From contig NIVC01000834.1 in NCBI GenBank assembly GCA_002269645.1, positions 124,001 to 188,000 on the forward strand: 64,000 nt of DNA, read 5' to 3'. Below the pieces are notes generated by a model, which saw nothing but the letters and a program-made list of their open reading frames with translations, was not told the origin of the DNA and did not search any database. Positions within the stretch are counted from its first letter, which is position 1, and every line of letters starts with the position of its first letter. A program made the translations under genes and the position numbers. This document shows, piece by piece, positions 12,131-21,058 of the stretch. This DNA is from Macrostomum lignano. Its lineage: Eukaryota.

Positions 12131-12805
12131 AGACGGACGAAACTCAGCCTAGGGGGAGCAGCCCAATCTAGCCCAGCCAATGAGGGAGCACTAGGGAGAG
12201 AGGTCAAAATTAGACGGACGAAACTCAGCCTAGGGGGAGCAGCCCAATCTAGCCCAGCCAATGAGGGAGCACTAGGGAGAGAGGTCAAAATTAGACGGAC
12301 GAAACTCAGCCTAGGAGCAGGCCCAATCTAGCCCAGCCAATGAAAGAGCAGGAGAGAGGTTAAAGTTAGACGGACGAAACTCAGCCTAGGGGCAGGCCCA
12401 ATCTAGCCCAGCCAATGAAAGAGCAGGAGAGAGGTTGAAGTTAGACGGACGAAACTCAGCCTAGGGGCAGGCCCAATCTAGCCCAGCCAATGAAAGAGCA
12501 GGAGAGAGGTTGAAGTTAGACGGACGAAACTCAGCCTAGGGGCAGGCCCAATCTAGCCCAGCCAATGAAAGAGCAGGAGAGAGGTTAAAGTTAGACGGAC
12601 GAAACTCAGCCTAGGGGCAGGCCCAATCTAGCCCAGCCAATGAAAGAGCAGGAGAGAGGTTGAAGTTAGACGGACGAAACTCAGCCTAGGGGCAGGCCCA
12701 ATCTAGCTCAGCCAATGAAAGAGCAGGAGAGAGGTTAAAGTTAGACGGACGCCACTCAGCCTAGGGGGCAGGCCCAATCTAGCTCAGCCAATGAGAGAGC
12801 AGTAT
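12131..12805. repeat. 75-81-bp tandem repeat, ~9 copies
   Basis: AGACGGACGAAACTCAGCCTAGG... starts at 12131, 12212, 12293 and 12368, then every 75 bp. Confidence 0.95.
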
Positions 12806-14399
12806 GATAAAATGTCAAAGTCAGACACAAGCGGGCATGAGAAAAGTCCAACTGTTTATCAGCCTGGCTGGGGGCCGGGGTGCCATCCCTTTTCTCTCTT
12901 GCTCGCTCTGCAAAAGCACTGGCTTTAAGTGTAGCTTCAGAAACTAAATGTCTTCATAAAAAACAATTTTATAAATAAAGGCAGAAAACCTAAATTTGCT
13001 AATGAAAAAGAATGAATAGGCGAATTTTAGCGACTGACCTATCTAGTTGTTTCAGTGATCTTTCCTGTTTGATGTCACGCACTAATTTTATAAAAAAAAA
13101 CTCCGATTCTATCATCTCTATTTTTATCCTGTAAATCATGATTGCAGAATTGCGATTCAATTTGTGCAGTTTCCATTCAAATATTAAAAAATACAGTATT
13201 GTTAAATTGGAAACCTAAATTGCCAATAATGTATAATGCTAATCTTTTCTATTTTTAAGAAAATAATTTTACATTAGATGTATCTGATAGTAGTAAATTA
13301 TGCATAAAAATTGTTTTCTTATAATTCGGTCTCACATTTCTTTGATTGTCGTGTCCTAAGCACACTCGCTGCACACTACTTATGCTGCAATTTCTACTAA
13401 CTTGAATATCATCCAGGTGTGTACAGGTGCGTTGACTGCTTACGAAGTTCGTATTTTTTAGATATTGTGCTTTCATTATCTGACGTCTGTGTTTTTTACT
13501 GTACTATATATTTTGAACTATTTTAGACATCATTTGGCTAAGTGTCATGCTAATTATTTTTATCTTGCGCTACCGATTCTCCTCCACAAGTGTAATTATT
13601 TTTAATTTGTGTGAATCTTGTCAGCAAATTTGGTCATATTTGTAAAGATAATATATTGCTACCCGATGATTAAAGTTCTTGATCGGGTTGTCAGTATAGC
13701 TAAATAGCTTTGTCACATGTGGCACTAAATTTGAAATTCATTTTTAATATCGATAGTTTTAATAATAAATTGACTCGATATAGTACCATGAGTGTACATT
13801 GTTAGGGGCGAATAAAGCAGTGAAAGAGGCACAGTTTAGAGCAACCACCATCAGTGTACATTGTTCGGAGTGAATAAAGCAGTGCAAGAGGTACGGTTTA
13901 GAGCAACCACCATCAGTGTACATTGTTCGGAGTGAATAAAGCAGTGCAAGAGGTACGGTTTAGAGCAACCACCATCAGTGTACATTGTTCGGAGTGAATA
14001 AAGCAGTGCAAGAGGTACGGTTTAGAGCAACCACCATCAGTGTACATTGTTCGGAGTGGATAAAGCAGTGCAAGAGGTACAGTTTAGAGCAACCACAATC
14101 AGTGTACATTGTTCGGAGTGGATAAAGCAGTGCAAGAGGTACAGTTTAGAGCAACCACAATCAGTGTACATTGTTCGGAGTGAATAAAGCAGTGAAAGGG
14201 GCACGGTTTAGAGCAACCACCATCAGTGTACATTGTTCGGAGTGAAGAAAGCAGTGCAAGAGGTACAGTTTAGAGCAACCACCATCAGTGTACATTGTTC
14301 GGAGTGAATAAAGCAGTGAAAGGGGCACGGTTTAGAGCAACCACCATCAGTGTACATTGTTCGGAGTGAAGAAAGCAGTGCAAGAGGTACAGTTTAGAG

Positions 14400-15879
14400 C
14401 AGTGTTGCCACCACTGCGATTTTTTATCGCTCAGCGATAATTTTGTCTATTTTGCTCATTTCCTGCGATTTTTGTGGACACCAGTCTTTTCAACTTTTTT
14501 CAAGTACTGTGTTTCATTTTGTGCTCAATTCAAGTGTCATGAATGTCATCAATATAGCGTGAGGCTATGCAAGCCTCCGGTTTTGAAGCTCGGCGAAAGG
14601 AGATTGAGCATGCTGCGGTCGAGCGAGCACTGAAGAAAGCTGCTGACGAAACGGCTCGGCGAAAGAGACAGCCGGAGTTCGGCGCTCAATCTGTCCTGCC
14701 AAAGGTTCCAAAGAAAAAATGAACATCCACTGAAGAGCCTGCAGTTTTGCCTGACTAACGTTTGACTAGCCAAAGATTCACGTAAAAGTATTTCTTCCCC
14801 TACAGTAACCGACATTGATCAACAATTAAAATATTAAGAGAATTCATTTCAGCTATATAGAATTGAGAACAGATTCAGACAACTGGAATATAGCACAAAA
14901 TTTAGTTGTAAAATTGTTATTACTCATCAGCGGTCGTAGGTAGCGTCTTGTGTTTTAGTTGGTTGCTCGGGTCGGTTCCATAATGAACATCAGTATTCTA
15001 TATTATGCACTCAGCAACAGTCGGAGCCGCCGCCCTACCGAGAGAGGCGACTTCTCTCTCACCTCAACTGCAAGTGACGTGACTTGCGCCACGGCGTGGC
15101 TGAAGCTGGGTGAGAGTGAATGCAGGAGAGGGCAATCAGGGGATACCCCATCTGCTTCTTTCATCCCACATTAGACGGAGCAGGGTGGCTGGCGCAGTTG
15201 GAGTTCGCCTGACAATCCGCAGCAGACGTCGATTTGCCCTGGCTGTTGAGCCGCGGAGATCATGGCGCTGGCTGCCTATGGCTGCGTGCTGAACACTACC
15301 AGTCTCTTGGGACTTCGTTAACAGCGCTTGAATTGTTGAACGTGATTGGCCAAATTGGCGAGCAACTGCGCTGATGGATGCACCAGCTTCTAGCATGCCA
15401 ACAGCGCGCCATCGTTCAGCGTCTGTCATATGCCTGACCATTGTCACGTGTACTGTTGCACTCCCAACCCCAACCCCAGTCCATTTTGTACTCTCATCCT
15501 GGAATTCACTCTCACCCAGCTTTGGCCGCGCCGTGGTGCAAGTTGCGTCACTTGCAGTTGAGGTGAGAGAGAGGTCGCCTCTCGGTGGGGTGGCGGTTTC
15601 GACTGTTGCTGAGTGTATGTATGCCTGTCTTCCCTTAAGAAAATGCTTGTGTTGTATGATTACTTCACTGATTCGGCGTAAATGAGAGTTGCATGCAGTT
15701 ATTGCAAATTGTAGTAGTTTTTTTAGTCAAATAGAAGATGGAATTAGAAATGGAAAGCTAAAAAAGAAAGTTGTTTTCGCATACTGGCGCCTTTTTCTCT
15801 ATGACAAATAAGAAATTTGTTCCTGCGATTTTTTTCTTATCCTGCGATAATTTCTTTGGTTGCTGTAGTGGCAACACTG
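14400..15879. mobile_element. Non-autonomous hAT element (1480 bp including a nested Tc1 derivative)
   Basis: Perfect 12-bp TIRs CAGTGTTGCCAC / GTGGCAACACTG. Perfect 8-bp TSD GTTTAGAG (14392-14399 and 15880-15887). Repeated subterminal CTGCGAT motifs. Confidence 0.93.
15008..15615 (-). mobile_element. Internally deleted Tc1-like element with ~120-bp TIRs
   Basis: Long TIRs CACTCAGCAACAGTCG... / ...CGACTGTTGCTGAGTG. The right flank is TA and the left flank is TG. ORF 15136-15447 encodes a paired-like HTH N-terminus of a Tc1 transposase (MTDAERWRAVGMLEAGASISAVARQFGQSRSTI...ETGSV); no DDE domain is present. Confidence 0.88.
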
Positions 15880-17584
15880 GTTTAGAGCAACCATCAGTGT
15901 ACATTGTTCGGAGTGAATAAAGCAGTGCAAGAGGTGCAGTTTAGAGCAACCACCATCAGTGTACATTGTTCGGAGTGAATAAAGCAGTGCAAGAGGTACA
16001 GTTTAGAGCAACCACCATCAGTGTACATTGTTCGGAGTGAATAAAGCAGTGCAAGAGGTACAGTTTAGAGCAACCACCATCAGTGTACATTGTTCGGAGT
16101 GAATAAAGCAGTGCAAGAGGTACAGTTTAGAGCAACCACCATCAGTGTACATTGTTCGGAGTGAATAAAGCAGTGAAAGGGGCACGGTTTAGAGCAACCA
16201 CAATCAGTGTACATTGTTCGGAGTGAATAAAGCAGTGAAAGAGGCACAGTTTAGAGCAACCACCATCAGTGTACATTGTTCGGAGTAAAGCAGTGGAAGG
16301 GTGATCAGTTGTGACGATTGGAAAGGGCATCAAGTTAGTACAATACTCGAATTAGCCCCAAAATAATCCCAATAACTTTGTTGCTTTACGTAGGTGGAAG
16401 GGAGGGACCAATGAGATAACCTCCTTAAATAAAGGGGCCTTGGCCCTTAGCTGCCAGCAGCTCAAGCATCAGAATATTGGTTAGCCCCGCTCCTGATCTC
16501 GTAGCAGATTAGGCAGGTCCGCTGTTACGAGCGTGCAGTCTCGGTAATGAAAAGATCGCAGAACGCTCCTTCTATGCCTTCCATTTTTGGGGGAGACCCC
16601 CCCCCTCAAAAAATCACTCGGTAGCGCCACCTGAGGAGCAAATTAGACACGAGAGGTTGAGTTTCGAAATATTATAATATATTTAGACACAGTTAATAGT
16701 GGCTATGCGCGAACTAGCAGGTTTTTGAGTGATAGCCTTTCTGAGTCGGAAGTCTAGTTATGTGATAATTCATGAAATCGTGAAATCATTTTAGCTCCTA
16801 GATATAGTTGTACCTAAGTCAAGGTAGTTCAAAGTATGAGTTTGATTCCAATAATAAAATCTAGAATTGCAATGATGATGACTTACCAGTTCGACCCATA
16901 ACCATGCTATACGTTGAACTTTTTTCGGTAGTGACAGACTTAGCAGAAAAAAGTTTTCTCGTATAAGGATTTCCTACCAGCAATTCCCAAAAAAGGGAAC
17001 TTGCAATACACTCGTAACAAAAAGTTAGAAGTTAGCAAATTAGCAAAGACGAACCAATCATCAGTTTCCCGACAGCCAGGCCAAAGATTCAACAATTTAT
17101 GCCTTATATTTTTAGTTTGTAGTTAGTATAATACGTGGTGTATACGTAGATTATACTGTGATTGCTACTAAAACGTTCTTTCGCCTTTTGTAAAGTAAGT
17201 GCTCAGGTATACGACTAAAAAGAGTCTAATAAGAGCTTTCTGTCAGACAGTGTACGAGCTAAGATTTATAAGTGCAAACTGTGTGCTCAAAAGAGTTCAA
17301 ATCGCGAAAGCCTTTATATAGACTGGTTAGCCAACCTTAATGCTCGTACGAGCTATCATTTGTAAGATACGCTTAACACTCTTTTCTTGCTACTCTTTAT
17401 TAGGCAATCCCCTACACATGTATACAGGATGCCCTATGTATTTTTGCTTTTCTTTCTCAGACTTTCTAAGAAACAAGCTATCCAATCTTTCTACTCCAGA
17501 AAAGTTGAATTCATTGTAACTTCGACGTAAGATATTCAAATCATCTTCATATATGCATGCATGTACGACGTACATGCCATTTGT

Positions 17585-18346
17585 TCACAGCTCAGTGATG
17601 AGTTGCTCGTGTCTGCCGTCTCTACCAGTTGTCTCCACCTGGCGCTGATCTTCCAACAGTTCCTTGGCCTCACCAAAGTCTGAGACCGACGACTGATCGA
17701 CTGCTTCAGTCGTTAGATCGACGTCGCTTTCAATGCAGATCTCAGGCAGGAAGCAGCCGTAGCTGTGGCGCTTCACCTTCGGATCCGCGCTGACGGCCAG
17801 CTGACTTGCCTCAGGCCGGCTCGGCGGCCACAGCTCAACAGTTTGCTGGTGGTGACAGCGCATCGGCTCTCTCTGATCCAGCACTGGCGATGGAGACGGC
17901 GATGAACAGCTCAGGCCGGACGAGTTCGAGCTCACTCGATGAATTCCCGGCAGCATCGGAGCCGCTTTTAGGCCGCTGGTAGCCGTGGAGTCGCCTCGAC
18001 CGCTGCTGGTTCCTCCCGCGCCGGACTGGAGCAGGCTGATGAGGCGCAGAATCTTCTCCTTCCGAGTTCGACGCTGCACAGTTTGAATCTCCTTCAAGTA
18101 CAGCGAGACGTTGTTGTCCATGCGGTTCTTGCGCACGTAGGACGCGATCATGAGGACGATGGAGAAGCCCCAGAGAAAAACGACGGCAACAACGTAGAGA
18201 ACCTCGCCGCCCTGATCGCCTTTGGTCCGGTTGCCAGCCCCAGCCATGGCTTCGGGATCGATCTCGGCGATGAAGTAGCTGTCATTCAGCTTGCGGATGT
18301 GCAGGTTGAGCGAACCGCTCAGGACTTGGTCGCGATGGAATTTCAT
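17585..18346 (-). CDS. Single-pass membrane protein, KCNE/MinK-like, ~253 aa (start taken at ATG 18346)
   Basis: 843-nt CpG-rich open frame. One hydrophobic helix (VLYVVAVVFLWGFSIVLMIASYV) is followed by basic RKNR. N-glycosylation sequons NDS and NRT lie N-terminal to it, and there is no signal peptide. An acceptor-like TTTGCTTTGAAG lies just upstream of GCCATG. The CDS is well supported; the family call is tentative. Confidence 0.72.
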   Translation of the reverse strand: MKFHRDQVLSGSLNLHIRKLNDSYFIAEIDPEAMAGAGNRTKGDQGGEVLYVVAVVFLWGFSIVLMIASYVRKNRMDNNVSLYLKEIQTVQRRTRKEKILRLISLLQSGAGGTSSGRGDSTATSGLKAAPMLPGIHRVSSNSSGLSCSSPSPSPVLDQREPMRCHHQQTVELWPPSRPEASQLAVSADPKVKRHSYGCFLPEICIESDVDLTTEAVDQSSVSDFGEAKELLEDQRQVETTGRDGRHEQLITEL

Positions 18347-18934
18347 GGCTATTTCTTCAAAGCAAATCACAGGTAGCTCGTAACTCCGGCTTGACCTATA
18401 TCTAAATACATGTAGTTGTCCGGACATTTTCTCTCCCCATTAACTGTACGCTCTGGTCCTAGCTCCACACACAGTACAGCATTATTTCCTTTACCTTCAT
18501 CGAGTCTTCTTACCAGCTGCTCATGCCCCTCTCCACCTTGTGTCTTCTTTAGCTACGCATTCGTCTCCCATCTTTCCTGTTCCAGCATTATCATTCCCCA
18601 TCCTTTCCGCTCTAGCTATCTCAACTTCCTCTCGTCCCCGCGAAGACCCCAGATTCATTCTTTGCCATCTATCAGATGCATGTAAACTGCGTTTACAGTG
18701 TTTTCCTCTTGCTGATTTCACTTTCTCGCAGTCTTCACTTTCTTCAAAGTAACTCAGAACTGAGTTGGATATCCCTCAAACAGAATGGATTGATTAATTC
18801 TTATCTTGAGATGAGACACAAACAGCCTTAGTTAATTAACTTCGAATCCTAAAACTGAGATAAATTTCTTTGACTTTGAGACCGCTCAGGATGCTGGGCC
18901 TTTTGAGTACTTGTTAGCTTGAGAACCCAAAAAT

Positions 18935-19645
18935 TCTAACAGTGAGATCTGCTGTAACAGATGGTCTAACCCGTATCTAACAGTGAGATCTGGTGTAACA
19001 GATGGTCTAACCCGTATCTAACAGTGAGATCTGGTGTAACAGATGGTCTAACCCGTATCTAACAGTGAGATCTGGTGTAACAGATGGTCTAACCCGTATC
19101 TAACAGTGAGATTAGCTGTAAGAGATTAGCTGTAACAGATGGTCTAACCCGTATCTAACAGTGAGATCTGCTGTAACAGATGGTCTAACCCGTATCTAAC
19201 AGTGAGATCTGCTGTAACAGATGGTCTAAACATCTGTGAGATCTGCTGTAACAGATGGTCTAACCCGTATCTAACAGTGAGATTAGCTGTAACAGATGGT
19301 CTAACCCGTATCTAACAGTGAGATCTGCTGTAACAGATGGTCTAACCCGTATCTAACAGTGAGATCTGCTGTAACAGATGGTCTAACCCGTATCTAACAG
19401 TGAGATTAGCTGTAACAGATGGTCTAAACATCTGTGAGATCTGCTGTAACAGATGGTCTAACCCGTATCTAACAGTGAGATTTGCTGTAACAGATGGTCT
19501 AACCCGTATCTAACAGTGAGATCTGGTGTAACAGATGGTCTAACCCGTATCTAACAGTGAGATTAGCTGTAACAGATGGTCTAACCCGTATCTAACAGTG
19601 AGATTAGCTGTAACAGATGGTCAAAACCGTATCTAACAGTGAGAT
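18935..19645. repeat. 41-bp minisatellite (TCTAACAGTGAGATCTGCTGTAACAGATGGTCTAACCCGTA), ~17 copies
   Basis: Unit starts at 18935, 18976, and so on. Confidence 0.95.
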
Positions 19646-20283
19646 GAACTCTACTGTAACAGTTAATCCAAGAGACTGAGTTTAAAATCGGTAATTTTTT
19701 GGTAATATACTTCGTGTATTTGCAGAGTTTGCCACCTGCCGATGAGTCGGTGTGAGTCCAAACGGTGGGCAGAGTTAAGTGAAACAGAGAGCACGAATTC
19801 ACAAATTCACAAATTCACAATGAAGTTAATTAATGTTACACAAGCGAACTGGTTTCAGATTGGGCAGGAATTTGGGATAGAGCAAAACGCTTCAGACAGA
19901 AGCCGCAACAAAGTCTTCAGCAAGTTAATCATCAAAAAACATCTAAAGGTGAGACACTTGTGAGTTGCCATGCGGAGAAAAATAAAGCATTAAACCAACA
20001 ATTCTTTCTTGGGCTCTTGTCGCATTGTCTGGTTTGGTAAAAGAAAAGTTCAAACAATATGACAGGTCCTGAGGTGGCATAATAAAACCTGGGAGGGTTC
20101 AGGCCAGATAGAAGATGTTTATCAGATTAGTTTATTGGACTTAAGGATAATTAATTAATTGTAAACCAATGAGATCGAAGTTAATGGCGAATTCCAATGA
20201 AGTTAGTGAACAGGTAGAGGTTTGCTATGATGAATTGAAGCTATGTTAAATCAAAACTGTTTGATAATAATGTTGGGGACAAA

Positions 20284-20657
20284 GGGGGGCCGTAGCCCAG
20301 CGGTAGCGCAGCTGCTCTAGTGTGCCGCGACCCAGGCTCGATTCCAAGCGCAGCCACATTAATTTGGGGCTGGATTGGAATCTTGGCTTGGCTCGCTTGT
20401 GCAATTAACGGCCTTGAGAGCCAACCCCCCCCCCCAAGGCGCAGTGAAGTGTACATGCCTAACAATTGATAAAGTTAGGGCCGCTGTACACTCCTGTGTG
20501 AGTGTGTGCCTGCGTACGTATCCGCGCGCGCTTGTATGCCTGCTCAGGGGAGTCGGCGGAATGGGCAGTAATGCCTCTCGCCGGTTGTGTGCCTATGTCG
20601 CTTAAAGTGCGCCAGGGTGCACACAACCCCCCTGCCTTTAATAAATAATAAATAAAA
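20284..20657 (+). mobile_element. tRNA-derived SINE
   Basis: tRNA-like head with Pol III A box (TAGCCCAGCGG) and B box (GGCTCGATTCC). A ~300-bp body ends in an A-rich tail, TTAATAAATAATAAATAAAA. No clear TSD. Confidence 0.6.
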
Positions 20658-21058
20658 GACGCGTTAGTTAGATGGGCTATGCTGATTCTGAGAATGTCAC
20701 CTGATTTTATCCAGAGGAAGTACAAAACACTACTGAAATCACCTGGCACATTAGAAGGTAAAAAAAATTATTTATCCGCGAATAAGTTTTACACGATGGC
20801 CCCACCTGATGGCAAACAATCGGACGACCTGTCGGTATTGAATGGCGGGTTAAGAGAACGCATCGCCGGCGGTGAGAAGGTTGGGGCGCATCCGAAGGGA
20901 AGCTGTTAAAGTGTAGAGAAAGGCAAGGGTGCTCAACTGTTACTGCAGCTGCAGTGCGTGTAAATTTCTGTTTGTTTCCGGCGCATTCGATGCGGTTCTC
21001 GTCTGTAAAAGAGCACAGGTTCGTTGACAAGACAGACTGCAGGCAACGCAACGACGGC

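Larger units (their letters stand above)
13790..16290. repeat. 62-bp minisatellite (GTTTAGAGCAACCACCATCAGTGTACATTGTTCGGAGTGAATAAAGCAGTGCAAGAGGTACG), ~10 + ~7 copies, split by a transposon
   Basis: GTTTAGAG recurs every 62 bp from 13834 to 14392 and again from 15880 to ~16249. Confidence 0.95.

Noticed and set aside
13790-16290. CRISPR-like array (unit begins GTTTAGAGC, reminiscent of type II repeats; ~62-bp period)
   Set aside because: The whole unit is conserved, so there are no unique spacers. There are no cas genes and the context is eukaryotic. It is a minisatellite.
16514-16633. Small CAGG...CCTG MITE candidates (also 53923-54040 and the hairpin at 50742-50804)
   Set aside because: The inverted ends are short or imperfect and no TSD was found.
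18347-18427. Upstream 27 codons of ORF 17585-18427
   Set aside because: This stretch contains a pyrimidine-rich acceptor-like signal just before the second ATG, so it is more likely intron or outron. Not proven.
20284-20350. tRNA genes here and at 39030-39098
   Set aside because: A and B boxes are present, but I could not fold a full cloverleaf, and both continue into SINE bodies with A/T-rich tails.
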